From Octopus vulgaris (Eukaryota): DNA of 64,000 nucleotides. The stretch's first letter is position 1; the number at the start of each line of letters is the position of its first letter. Positions 13,920 through 27,815 of this stretch are shown here, in pieces. Location of the stretch: NCBI GenBank assembly GCA_951406725.2, contig OX597821.1, forward strand, positions 27,156,001-27,220,000, read 5' to 3'. The notes under the pieces are model-generated. The model made no database searches. It was given only the letters and a program-made list of their open reading frames with translations, and was not told where the DNA came from. The translations under genes were made by a program, and so were the position numbers.

Positions 13920-15789
13920 GCATACATACATATACTTATACATATATATGTGAGTGTGTGCGTAAAGATTTCTTCCATTCGTGCATTTGTTTTCGAAGAA
14001 ATAGCAGAGCCGATATTTAACTAACATAATATGTGGTGGGTAATTATATTATTGATCTTGGAGAGATAAATTCAAAGACAAGTTGAGTGAGATTTGAATT
14101 CGTGACAAAGGGAAGAATAAACAATAACGAAAAGCATTTACTGAGGTCTTCAACATTTTATTCATTCGCATCGGCTTATTAATAATAATGATTTCTAAAA
14201 TTAGCAAAAAAGTGCGAAATTCGTGTGGTGATTCTGTAAATTAAATCTACTGTAATATTCGACTGCTTTACTGATTTTCTTCTTTCTTAAATCGATAAAA
14301 ATAATTACCAAAGTCAACCTTAGTAGAATATAAACATAGATGCTGAAAGAATGTGACTAAAACCTAGAACTTCATCTGAACTAATATTTCTGTCATTCAC
14401 CATACCCTATATCTCTAATAAATATTACTTCTTCCTAAAGACAAAATGCTATAACGCAGGCAATGATAATGATAATATAGGGACAGTGTCACGTATTTCT
14501 TGAGTAACGTGTGTTGAAACACGAAATAACAGTACCTGTTTGGCAAGTTATTGCTCAATCTTTGAAGTATATCAAGTATCTGGTGTGAGTTGTATACAGA
14601 AAGTAATGTGAGTTAACTAAAAGCTACGCTTTAACTATTCTATCAATCTATTGCTAGTGCACTAATAAACACCAATCATTCCCAACATATGAATTAGTCC
14701 AGACCTTTATAGAGAACGGGGGGTAGTCCATTAACTGGCAGTATATTAATGATATTACTTTTATTGAAAATTGAGTTTGTGTTGATGAATTTATTTATTG
14801 TAACTTAGGCAGAAAACAGTTCATAAATAATTTTAGGATCGTCGAGACTGGTAGAAAAAAGACCGAGCGGAATAACCTTAGACTGGAAACCTGTTGATCC
14901 TGCAGTAGAGTCTGTTCTACTGTCAGTCAACAGTTTTAAGTTAGTGCTCAATCTGATGATTGATTATGCTCGGCTTCCAATTCTTTTTGTTACCATTTGA
15001 CAAATCGTAATGATTCAAGCATTTACAGTAACCGTAATCTTGTCATGGTGGCTGCTGAGGCCACATGGTTTCCCTTGTGTGACGTTTCCTGATATCAGTT
15101 TTAAATATTTTCTTGTCCAGGTCATATGCCAAGCGTACTCTACATCTTCGTCTTTCCACCTTATTTAGAAATAATTAGATATATTATTCCAATTTCTCGG
15201 TACTATAGAAAGAAATATATATACTATTCCAATATATACTCTTCCAACTAAGGCAGAATAATTTCTTGTTAATGCAAACAAGGTGGGGAGATCATAAACG
15301 CACCCGATATGACTGTGAAGATTCTGGACTGATCAAAATATTTCATATCAACTGGCCAATGTGTTTCTACTCATCTGTAAAGATGCAAGTTATGGACAAT
15401 ATACAGATGCATAATAACTTTAAAAGATATGAACATTTAGCGTGCACTGGCGATACCCTTTGCGTTATGGAGAGATAGTATTAAATATCGAGAAGTCCTC
15501 CATTTATGCAGCAACAACTTTATTGAATCCTAGGTGTAGAGAAAAAAGTATATACTTCGGGATTGAAGTACACACAATTGTCTTACATTATTCCCAACAG
15601 ATCCCTTACAGTAAACTACACTATATTTATTACCTGGCAAAGAAGCGATATAGTGATCAACTGAAGAACATTTTAAAGCGAAATAGAGGCAATTCTTCAA
15701 TATCTTTTGGCTTAAAAGTATGCGAGAAATGTGCTCAGCATTAGCAAGAGAAATATGAACAGGCATGCATTCTGATTAATACTTTTTAC

Positions 15790-15990
15790 TAAAGGCACAA
15801 AGCCTGAAATTTCGGGGAAGTGTACGAGTCAATTACATCGATCCCAGTGTTTCATTGGTATTTACTTAACCGACCCCGAAGGATGACAGGCAAAGTCGTC
15901 CTCGGCTGAATTTGAACTCAGAACATAAAGATGGACGAAACGCCTCTAATCATTTTGCCCGAGGTACTAACAATACAGCCAGCTCTCCGC
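15790..15990 (-). mobile_element. SINE family B
   Basis: cgaccccgaaggatgacaggcaaagtcgtcctcggctgaatttgaactcagaac is the reverse complement of the body at 59164-59385. Confidence 0.8.
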
Positions 15991-16113
15991 ATTATACATA
16001 CTGATTAATAACTAGGTTCTTTAGTCATGCATTCATATGCCATGTCAGCAAGCACATCAAGAAAAGTAGGGTACAGTCGTAAACGCATAGTTAACAAGAG
16101 AGAAGCATATGCA

Positions 16114-16114
<1 letters not shown>

Positions 16115-16202
<88 letters not shown>

Positions 16203-16236
16203 GTCTGTCTATCTGTCTGTCTGTCTGTCTGTCTGT
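16115..16236. repeat. (CTAT)n(CTGT)n microsatellite
   Basis: Direct reading. Confidence 0.95.
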
Positions 16237-16699
16237 CAATCTGTTAGTTATGTAAATATTTATAACTCTTATCTGTTCCTGTCATTCTATCTGTTTGTCT
16301 GCCTCTGTGCATATATATATATAGTACAAAGTAATATACGGGTTATGGGTGTAACCCACTATGAGATATCATTTATCCAATATACTGTTGGTAAATTACC
16401 CAAATTCTTAATACATAAATGTTTTTAATTGCAATGCAATTAAGTCAGTTATTGTATTAAACGGGTGAAGGTAAAGAAATATTTTTACCGTAAATTTATA
16501 ATACAAGTAAGAATATGGAGAAACAAATTTGGTTTGTTCATCAACTTACGGATATTATAATGTTGGATTATTTATTCATATTACAAATGAGAACATTAAA
16601 AGCATACAAAAATATTATATAAGCCAATAGATAAGATAATAATACAAATACATATTTTAAACGTCATAGTATAAATTAATGAAATCCTAAAAATTACTT

Positions 16700-18348
16700 C
16701 TTACAGCTGTTTCAGCCCTGTTTTGGTCACATGTCCAATAGAAACAATTCAACATCAACGTGAGATCTCTCTCACTGATTGGTCAGCCTACAACCCAGTT
16801 TTCGAAAATGATCCTTAAAATCGGCAATGGATTAATTACATCCGATGTCAACGGATACGTTGACACTACCACCATTGGCCACACTGAATCCAGCCCTGAT
16901 GACTTATGTTCTGCTGTTTACCCAAATCTTACAACGGAATACATAAAACCAGATTGGCTTCACGACAGGGCTGTTCTTGACCCTACAAATACAACTGTCA
17001 ATACTCTTAACTACGATTTATTCAGTCAGTTACGTTCTCAAGATTGTTGTAGCAGATCACTTGTCCTCGATTAGTTTACACACTTTCCAACAGAATTTCG
17101 TAACTCTCAAGATCCTCCAGGACTCCCTCCCCATGAACTTCACTTAAAAGTAGGTTGTCCTGTCATCCTCCTACGCAATCTAAACGCATCCACACTATTC
17201 AATGGAATTCGCCTTTTGGTCAAACAAATGACAGACCACGTCATTGAAGCCCAAATTATCACGAGATACGGCAAAAACGATACCATTTTCATTCAGAAAA
17301 TTCTGCTAACCCCAACAGACAGCTGCTAACCTATGCAGAGCCTTCAGTTCCCTCTGAAACTCAGTTTTGCCATGACAAATTAACAAAGCACAAGGTCAGT
17401 CGCTGAAAGTTGTCGGATTGCGCTTATAAATGACGAACGTATAAAATCCATTTACCTTGAGAATTGTTTCTTTGTGTTGATATGAAAATAAAATTTCTAG
17501 TACGAACAACGTCATCATTATATCTTCACCAGCATCATGGTCGTCATCACCATCACCATCATTATCAGCATCGTATTCGCTCTTCCAATGTAAGGAAAAA
17601 AAACATCAATGTGAACTTTGTTTTTTGTTTCAAATAAAGTTGTCGAACATCCTGCTTTTCACATTGAGAGTTGTACGTCGGGTTTTCCAGAGTTGGCCAT
17701 CTAGACAACATATTCATCTATGCCCCTGAACGAAAAACTAAGAATGTCGTTTACAAAGCAGCACTACAGTAGTTATTCCCCTACTGCATTCTTCCCCTCT
17801 ATGCCTAACTGTAGACGTTTGCAATCAAACTCCCTGCAAATATTCATTGACGTTTTGCTTAATTACCCTGATTGCTGTTACCTGTACATTACCTTCAATG
17901 ACCCTTCTTACTTCACGCACGCTCTTCGCTCATAAGCATGCTCTAACATTTATTTTTGTACAGGCTATTATTCTATTTGCGTGTTTGCTATAAATGCTTG
18001 CTTCCCTTTATCATTTCTGACTTAGAGAAATATGCTTTGGTATTACGAGAAAATAAGTACATCAGACAAAACACTTCAAGTAAGGTAGAGGACCCCTAAT
18101 ACCAACTGCAATTGCGATCCCATTTTATGGACTTTCATTTATCACTAACTGCCAAATTTGTATTCAAAAATATTTATTAATTACCTAAGTATCTTAATAC
18201 CATATCATAAACGGCTAATTATAAATTATAAATTTTACGCTTATCAACTTGAAACAACTTCGAACTGCACACTAATTCAACTTAAACCGTCCACAGCAGT
18301 GCACCATTATAGTAATTACACCGCCCAAAGGACGGGTGCATTTGCTAG
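16700..18348 (+). mobile_element. Helitron remnant: PIF1-like helicase C-terminus and 3' terminus
   Basis: Disrupted frames give FSKMILKIGNG, WLHDRAVL.PTN, GLPPHELHLKVGCPVILLRNL, LQFPLKLSFAMT, KAQGQSLKVVG, CFSH*ELYVGFSRV, KTKNVVYK. Ends with a GC-rich imperfect hairpin then CTAG|T at 18345-18349. Confidence 0.9.
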
Positions 18349-18365
18349 TATATATATATATATAT

Positions 18366-18676
18366 AAAATTAAATTAAGGGTAAAAATTGATATTTATCA
18401 ATTAGAACCAGTGGTCTAGCATATTAAAGAAAGAATCCGAAGATTAAAATATTTATATATACCAATTAAGGACTGAACACGAAAAGTGGACAGTCAACAT
18501 GCTAGATATAGACGTCAAATCGCCATTCTCCACAAAAAGTCTATGTTCTCAGATCAAACTCAACACCAAAATGGTGTTGAGTTTGATCTGAGAACATAGA
18601 CTTTTTGTGGAGAATGGCGATTTGACGTCTATATCTAGCATGTTGACTGTCCACTTTTCGTGTTCAGTCCTTAATT

Positions 18677-18686
<10 letters not shown>
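18366..18686. repeat. (TA)n-embedded repeat with a perfect 115-bp-arm palindrome
   Basis: Arms 18454-18568 and 18572-18686 with a 3-nt AAA loop. 18366-18450 recurs inverted at about 22675-22760. Confidence 0.92.
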
Positions 18687-18746
<60 letters not shown>

Positions 18747-20227
18747 AATATATATATATATATGTGTGTGTGTGTGTACAGATAGATAAATATGTGTGTT
18801 TGTATAATTACGTGTATATATATATATACATATACATACATATATATATCGACTTTATCGGTTTGTACTTATATGTCTGCGTGTGCTTTTGTTATTCCTT
18901 TCACTCGTTTGTCAATGCACGTCAAATGATTTGTGCTCGGCAGTAAAATACAAATCTGAGTAAATAAATAACAAGTTAGTTTGGTGTGTGAGATATTGAG
19001 GTTTTAAATATAACGAAAACGCGAAATTACTAATTCCTACAAGATATATACATGCCGTGTTACTGCGCCGATGGATCACATTGAATTAATAGCCACATCG
19101 TTTCGTCTGATTCGTAATTACCACTTTAATTAGTAGTTTTAGGAACATATCTCATATAATTAAGTCATCGATATGTCACTGCTTACGCTCCGTTGCATAT
19201 GCTAGCCAATAACACATATTTCATATAACATCTTATTTACTTCCTCTTTCTACATTTAGCATAGGCGAACTACCTTTCTTTTCAGATGACCTGACCTGCA
19301 GGAGATTGTATTGCGATTACGCTCGGTTTCATAGGTTTTGCCAGATTGTTCACTCTTATCTTCATATTCTACCTTCCGGATGTTAGTATACGTCAAAGAC
19401 ATCAAAATGTAATTACGTTGATATTTAGAATTTGATATATTTCACCGGTTTTGTGGCATGAACATGACGTTTTCTTAAACATTGAGTAATATATTCTCAG
19501 CATTGGCGTGAATAAATTTCGAAACCCAACATGTAACTAACATTGAAAAACACATATTAATTTTCTTTCCTTTCTCAGGCTACTACAGTGACCTTTTTCG
19601 TGTAGTTTGTTCATCTCCACATTTTTTATTATATTCATTTATTGTGGCAAAAACATCTGAATTCAATTCCTTTCAAGATTTAATTACGTTTCACCGGGTT
19701 CCAGCTCAAACTGCAAGATATTGCGGGTATTACATACTTCTTTGCATAGATATTAGAAATAATTTCCCGCATATTTTCATTACAAATGTACAGGCACTTG
19801 ACAAATTATGAAATCTATCTATGTTCTACAGAAATTTCTATAAAATTTTACCCGGAGTTGCTATAGAGATATCATCTGGGTGCAGAAAATAATCATAGAG
19901 CAATAATATAAATTAGACAATAATAGAGCAATAATATAAATTAGGCAAATAAAATTGTTTTAAAGTTCTTGAAGTGAATGAGTATACAGCTTAAGTAATA
20001 TATGATAGAATGCCTTCACGAAGAAGCGGATGACTAATGTAGCCACATGATTAGTTTTCGGACGGGAGGAATTGATGACTTAACAGAAGGAAAACTGCAA
20101 TACGATGTTGTAAGGATATATATATGTATAGATATACATGTGTGTGTATGTATGTATCTGTGTGTGTATTTATGTATACATATGCATACATGTATATATA
20201 TGTATATATATATAGATAGATAGATAG

Positions 20228-20258
<31 letters not shown>

Positions 20259-20283
20259 TGTATGTATATATATATATATATAT

Positions 20284-20942
20284 GATGGCTGCCCCCTCGT
20301 TATAGAATATGGCCATTGCACGAAGCTTAACTGTTATTGGTGTTGTGATCGAATGTGACTTTTATTTGCTTTTTAAGGCTACAGCCAGCTATTCAGTTGA
20401 GACTCACAGCACTATTAACAATCACGAACAATGTTGCTATCGTGCAATGCCTGTGCAAGAAGATTTTTTTAAAGTGAGAAAAGGCTGTGCACTGAGTCAA
20501 TCCCACTCACTAAGCAACATCAGCCATAATCCGAAAAGAAGAACAAGTCAACATCATCGGTAACCACTGAGCTGCAGGTTTTATGTCGGAGCTATCCCAG
20601 TTACCTGAGTTACCTTCTCCTAGAAGGATGCCCTAACAAAGGCTAGGAGTCCTTCACTCCCAATGGTTTAACCGCGCGATCGGGTCTTCAGTCCGATTAT
20701 TTCTATGTCCCCGCCAATGATATAGCCTTAAGCGTTTAAAAAACATATACATTTATTGGATGACCGTTGACTCTCAAGAGTTCCTCCGCCCTTTGACAGC
20801 ATTTGTTTTTCATCGCGCAGGGTGTCCAATAAACACCCTCCTCACCAAGCAAGCTTGCTGGGCTTGCCGGTTTAGACGCCGACGGCCCGACCATGCAGCA
20901 TGTACTGGGTTAAATGTTACCAGTAGCAATCGAAAGTGACCT

Positions 20943-20946
<4 letters not shown>
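20284..20946 (-). mobile_element. Putative non-autonomous RTE-derived short element
   Basis: GC-richer block between (TA) tracts. It contains gagttaccttctcctag...aaggctaggagtcc, which resembles the reverse complement of RTE 5' regions (recognised from memory). Confidence 0.35.
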
Positions 20947-20984
<38 letters not shown>

Positions 20985-20987
<3 letters not shown>

Positions 20988-21169
20988 TTAGCCACTACAC
21001 ACATTTTTGTTCTCCTTTTTTCCTCTCCTTGTTTTTTCTGTGTTCCTTTCTGTAGAAGAGCGTAGGCTCGAAACGTAAACAACTTTTTCTATTCCTGAGC
21101 GTTATACAAAAATACATCTGTTTGTTTTGTACACCATCTGTCTTCGTCTTTTGTTTTTTCGTAAAATCT

Positions 21170-21172
<3 letters not shown>
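20985..21172 (+). mobile_element. ~200-bp PLE-type short repeat (family H) with hammerhead-like motif at 21046-21080
   Basis: CUUU-CUGUAGA-A-GAGC(GUAG)GCUC-GAA-ACGU-A. Copies at 25006-25207(+), 36541-36735(-), 44378-44511(+) and 61075-61185(-). Confidence 0.75.
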
Positions 21173-21228
<56 letters not shown>

Positions 21229-21232
<4 letters not shown>

Positions 21233-22632
21233 TGGCATCCGTTAGTCTCAGAAGTCTATGAATCTGCGCCTTAGATTGGATTGGTGTTGCAGCAACGCTT
21301 GTGGCCGACAAGGCCAATGCGTGAGTAACAGATACGGCTGCAACTGTTGCAAATGTGTTGGTCGGTCGGTCGTTTGACGGTGGTTCGTCGTCTCCGTCTG
21401 TCCTCTGCTGTCTGACATATGTGATCTTCAGAGCGGTATTCAGAGTCTGTCTCCAGCAGGAACGGTCTTTTCCATGTTCCCCCATGTTTTGGTATTCAAA
21501 CTCATGGCCTTCATGTCACGCTTGCCATCATTCCCGAAACGGAGATGTGGTCGTCCGTGAGCACGTCTGCCGAGGCTAGCTCCCCATACTGTATATATTT
21601 CAGTAACGTCCCACCAGGCATTCGGTGCACGTGTCACAGCCAGCGTAGATTACGTTGCTGAAGTAGTGTAAATGTCGTTAATAGCTGGGAACGGGTAATT
21701 ATCCCGTTGTTCGTGATGTGGTCTTTGATCCCAAGAATACTCTGAAGATTGCGCAGATCGAAAGCATTATGGCGGCGCTCCTGTCTGGCGTAAAGGCACT
21801 AATTCTCACCGCCGTATAGCAAGGTGGCGCGAACACATCCATTATAGACTAAATTTGGTAGATCTCGTCAGCTTGCCGTTTAACCACACTTTTTGAGCTA
21901 GTTTGGCGAAAGTCGAAGCTGCTAACCCTGTTCAGCTCCTGGTCGAGTGTGAGGCCATTCGGACCTCATCGAGTGAGTGGTTGTCGATAGTAATAATAGG
22001 GGAATCCGAGACGACTTGGCCCATTAACTTGGACTTCTGTTGGCTAGTTGTTAAGCTGAAGGCACAGCACGTACAGTTCAGATTGTACATCACTATTTGC
22101 AGTTTAGTTCTGAATGAGCTACAAGAGCTGCGTCGTTGACAAACGGCATTCTCCGGACGTAAACCCTGCGGATTTTGCTCTACGCATTGAGCCTTGACAG
22201 ATTGAATAGTTTGCCGTCCGACCTTGTGTGGGGGCAAACGCCGTCGTTTTGCATACCAAATGCATACTTCAGCATGGCACCGAAGTAGCGTGACACCGAA
22301 GCAAGCACGCAACCCTATTTAAACCTCAAGTCGAATATCAAAGATCTGAGGTGTTTCTGTTGAAATGTACTGTGGTTTCTATGTGCATATGGAAAGAATC
22401 CTGGATGCGGAGACGTCGAGGAGAACATCCAATTTTCCAAACAACTTGGAACAACCCATTTCTACTCATCGTTTTGAACACCTTCGTCAAGTCAACGAAT
22501 GCAATGTAGAGAGGTTGGTTTTATTACCTTCACCTCTTATGTAAATGTCTAAGGGAGAAAATCATATCCCTTCTGGATCGTACGAATCTGAAACCACTAC
22601 GAAATTCTGAGGAGATCCTTTCTGCAAGTTTT
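21229..22632 (-). mobile_element. RTE-clade LINE remnant (RT and 3' end), degraded
   Basis: Minus-strand fragments MIFSLRHL..NQPLYIAFVDLTK, TRSDGKLFNLSRL, DAALVAHSE, ATLLYGGE, LRWL*HVHRM, DRSCWRQ. Confidence 0.88.
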
Positions 22633-23523
22633 CTAATACACACACACACATATATATATATGTATATACATATATAATTTTTAAACTTCGGATTTTTTAA
22701 AAATATGCTAGGCCACTGGTTTTAATTGATTAATATCATTTTATACTCTTATTAAATTCATATATATATATATATATATACGTATGCATGTAAATAAATA
22801 TAGACATATAAATATATAGATAGACACTCACATACACAGGAGCACACTAGAGACACACACACGCACATAGAATTTCTAGAGTAGCGATTGACATTAACTT
22901 CGATGGTTGTGTTTACTGACCGACACTATTCTCTCCAGCCGAAGCCTGGTTCTTTTTTTTTTTTTCGTTCGTACCTCAAATAATATCATACTTTCAATAT
23001 ACAGCAGGTGAAGATTGCCAGTTCTCCGACTCCCTTCTGCATCCCTTTTGGTCCTTTGGCTATAGATTAAGGAAACAAAACAAGGAAAGACAACAAATAA
23101 ATCGCACGATAAATGAATATCCTCATGGAATATCACCATCATCGTCATCACCAGAAGCAACTTTATGGAGTCAATAAACAGACTCCGCTTTCAGCTGATA
23201 GTAGAACACGTATACCAAAGAATATATAACTTTTAAGCGCTGTGGTCTGGTAATATATTCGAAGTGAAGGTTGATTAAGAAAAGCCTCGGTTCCCTGGAA
23301 TCTTTTAGAGCTAATCGCTAGCGAAACAAGAGAAGACAAATTAAAAGAGAAGGATTGGGGTTAGGTGAGGAAAAGAGAGTGATGTCTAACATCTGATGGG
23401 TAACGAAATAGAAACTAGCAGCAACAAACCTCAAAACAGCAAACAACAAAACACGATGTCTTGTGAAAAGTCACTGATATATCCGTCACTAAAAGCGACC
23501 ACGCGGATAGAATAAAAATACCC

Positions 23524-23746
23524 TTTCTTCTTCTTCTTCTTCTTCTTCTTCTTCTTCTTCTTCTTCTTCTACTTCTTCTTCTTCTACTTCTTCTTCTACT
23601 ATTTTCTTCTACTTCTTCTACCTCTTCTTCTTCTTCTTCTTCTTCTTCTTCTTCTTCTTCTTCTTCTTCTTCTTCTTCTTCTTCTTCTTCTTCTTCTTCT
23701 TCTTCTTCTTCTTCTTCTTCTTCTTCTTCTTCTTCTTCTTCCTTCT
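23524..23746. repeat. Long (CTT)n microsatellite with CTA variants
   Basis: Direct reading. Confidence 0.95.
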
Positions 23747-25005
23747 TGTTTCGTTACATGTCGCTCTTTGTATGTTACGCATCAATTTCTATGTTATGGT
23801 CAATTTCCTTTTTCTACTGCTGAATGACTAACTTCCGAAACATCAAGCACGCACTTTTGTTTTAAACTAAACCCATTAATGTCCGTGTTTGTTGTTCTTA
23901 CTGGTTTGCATCATATGAACACCCACATATGCACGTGCACACACACACACATACATACACTTAACGCATATATATGAACACATAGTTATAAATGATATTG
24001 TGCAAAACTAAATACGGTATCCCTACCAGCAATTAATTTTCCTTTAGTCTATTTCGATTCGCTCGCACAAAGAGCAGAACGTAGGTATAATCCAGAAACA
24101 TATATCTTGAATAATCTACTATGTAATAATTTTTTTCATTTGAGGATTTTTTGGAAATGGTATTCTGCAATTATCTAGTGAAAAATAATATCCAAATTAT
24201 ATCTTTTGTAGATTATGGTTTCTCATTTTAGATTTTTTGGTTGATAAATTACATAAATCGAACAGCTATATGTAATATAACTGGTAACATAATTATGGCT
24301 ATGTATATAAGATCGAGAATATTTTTCACTGCAGGTTCGTGTACCCGTATATTGTACCTTACATAAATACAGTATATTTATGTAAGTATACATGCCTGTG
24401 TATCCGTATGTATCTTTTTATAAATGTATAAATTAAGGCATGTATGTATGAATGTATTTATATAATGATGTATGAATGTACGTACGTATCTATTTATGTA
24501 TGTATGAATGTAAACATACAGACCACATACGCATGCATATATGTATGTATGTGTTCGTGTGTGCATATGTGTGGGCGTGCATGTAAGTTCATCTAATTAT
24601 CAAATATTTCCCCATTTTTCAGTTGTAGACAAAGTAGCGATCTCTATCCACAAGGAAAACTTTTCTTGGTGTTTAGTCAAGTTAAAGGAAGTAGTCACTT
24701 ATGCATGTACGCATGTATATACGTATCTCGTCACGATGTATGTATTTATGTACATACTGGCCTTTGCACTTGTATAATCGTAGATGTCATTGCTTATGTG
24801 ATTCTGTATGTTTTTGCTTCCAAATATGTACATATGTATTTGTATATTTTCACAGGAACGTTTTACATTGTATCGCAGTTCTATTTAGGCTTGTAACTCT
24901 ATTCGTTTAATGAATCAGTTCACTTCAGGTGTTGTGAATCCCAGCATTCTACAAAATGGGTGCTGAAGCAGCTGCTTACGTATCCCAATGCTTAAATAAT
25001 TACAG

Positions 25006-25207
25006 TCACCATCATAGATCGTTAACCACGACACACATTTTTTCTCTCCTTGTTTCTCTCCCTGTTTTTTTCTGTCTCCCTTTCTGTAGAAGAGCGTAGG
25101 CTCGAAACGAAAAAGATTTTTTTCTATTCCTGAGCGTTATACTAATACATCTGTTTGTTTTGTACACCACCTGTCTTCGTCTTTTGTTTTTTTTTCGTAA
25201 ACTCTCT
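25006..25207 (+). mobile_element. Family H short element with perfect 15-bp TSD
   Basis: TSD cttaaataattacag at 24991-25005 and 25208-25222. Hammerhead-like motif at 25080-25116. Confidence 0.85.
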
Positions 25208-26259
25208 CTTAAATAATTACAGGTATATTTCTAAACCGTGTGGAGCATTTCCAGAGATTTCTTATTAGTTTGATTTACATGTCTTCTTTTTCACGTATCT
25301 TTAATATTATTGGAAACTCTGCTGAGTAGTTTCTTTCTCTTTTGTTCACACATCTTTTCTATATGCCAGAAAATTACATCTTGAATGTTATGACGAGATT
25401 TACTGAGAGTTTGGTAGAAAATCTCACCAGTATTCTTATATTTTTTACTTTTGCTATTTTCTTATATTTTATCTGCAGGGACATCTTGTCTACTTCCTTG
25501 AATTTTACAATGCACTAAAAAAATTATGAAACAGGATTGAAAAATATCACTATGCTCTAACAGATACGTCATTGTTATTTCCTACATACCTGAAATTATA
25601 AAGGTTGTCGTTCGAATATGAATTGCTTGGTTATTTATTTTGCTCCCATCTTAAAGCTGTGTATGACTTCTGTTTTAATTTGATAAACCATTATGCTACG
25701 GAGGTAGAACATTCTGGTCTCTGTAACCCTGGATATCAGTCTGAGAATACTTTCCCTGGAATTCCTTTACAACTGACAATAAGTTATTCGATTAATGTAA
25801 TTTTTAACCGAACTTCTATAATGAATATATAAATGCTATAAGACACCCAAACGGATGATCATACAGTTCTATCGATTAACACCATATTGAGGCAAGCTAA
25901 ATTGGACCTCGACAGTATTTGAGCTCAGAGCACATATAGTACGAACAAATGTTGTGAGCTGCTCATCACACTGAAAATACTTTAATCAAAAGAAGTTCAC
26001 ATTATCGTGAGATCCCATGTTGACTCATTAGAGATTTGATTGAAATGAGCGGATTACATCTCATTTGGATAATTACTACTTCCGAGGTTCTGCTAGCTAT
26101 GGAACATATATAGCCTGGATTTTATCTACTCCATTCCGGATACAGGAACACTCTACAAGCATTTACGTCAATAAATCCCAATTGTTGGTGAAAGTTGCTT
26201 TTTCTAACTTCCCCGGACGCCTCGAAGGTTACTATCTTCCTACATCTTGATCCTTGCCT

Positions 26260-26315
<56 letters not shown>

Positions 26316-26875
26316 CGTTTGTTAATTCTTTTCGCAAGATTCCTGATACATACATACATACATACAGACATACAATATCATTTTGGTGACAGAAGCTTCT
26401 GAAGTTAGTATAGGCTAAGACAGGCACAAATTCATATTAAATGTACAGAAATCAAGACAAATTTTACCTGACTGGAAAAGACAACGGTTATTTAATTAAA
26501 TAGTAAATACTATTTATTCGTATTTTGTGGTGTTCACTGTTCATGTATTGCGTTTTAGGTTCGTGCATAGGTGTTTTTCTTTTGCATATCGTAATAGTCA
26601 CTAAGAATTTACTTTTTTGACTTTGAAAAAAATTTAATACAAAATATATGAATTAATAAAGATTCCAATAACTGTTTTTTTCTCAGGAGTGGGAAGCAGG
26701 TTTGCATATAATTCATAAAACGCTATATAAGTAATATTTAATCAATACAAAATTAAAAGCATTAAAACAAGTTTACAGTTCCGTAAATTTCATGTGCTTT
26801 TCAATTTATATTTTCATGCAGATTGCAGTGTGTGCATTTAAATTTACGTCTCCATGGAGATTATAATACATATAC

Positions 26876-26907
<32 letters not shown>

Positions 26908-26927
26908 TAAATAATATGTAAATATTA

Positions 26928-26976
<49 letters not shown>

Positions 26977-27054
26977 TATACATATATATATATACATATA
27001 TGTACATAACTACATATATATATATATATAGATATATATATATACATGCATATA

Positions 27055-27670
27055 TTGGTAGAGGGTATCAGAAAAACGTTGACAAAATGAGAAACGAGAA
27101 CATAAAAAACAAAAACATAGAAAACGATTTTTTTTCGAATAACGAAAGAAACAAACAAATACCGAAACGAGACAGGCAACATGAAAAACATCCCCTTCGT
27201 CAGCTATCCCCTCTTTTATCTACTCCGCGTTCGAAGGTAGGGACAAGTCGCGACTTCGTTAAAACAGTCCTTCCCGCAAAGCAAACTAAATAACATTTGA
27301 GGTTTTGGAGGAGGGTAAATGTGATACCAAAGGCAGTACATTGAGAACAAAACAGCAAAAACAAACGGTGAGGGCTGTTAAGGCAAGACGATGTGCATTG
27401 GCGAACGCTGGAAAAGCGAGCTTTGAGAAGAGACAGGAAAAGCACGTATTATCTTTAGGATGGGAGTGGAAGAAAGAAAGATGAATAGCCGTTGGTCACG
27501 TGTGAGCAACGAGAGATTCAAGGAAGAATAGTGTGAGAGAGAAAGAGGGAATGGGAAAGAGGAGAGGAGAAGAAAAAGAGAAAGGAAGAACTAGATAGGG
27601 AGATAGAATGAATAGAGATAAAATAAAAGTTACTCGGAAATGGATGCGTGTCGTTCGATCATAGTATGAT
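27055..27670 (-). mobile_element. Probable PLE 3' fragment
   Basis: Bounded by (TA)n. Minus-strand LLTRDQRLFIFLSS weakly resembles the PLE endonuclease tail (REQ..IF.L); carries an eroded hammerhead-like stretch. Confidence 0.35.
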
Positions 27671-27673
27671 ATA

Positions 27674-27712
<39 letters not shown>

Positions 27713-27713
27713 C

Positions 27714-27815
<102 letters not shown>

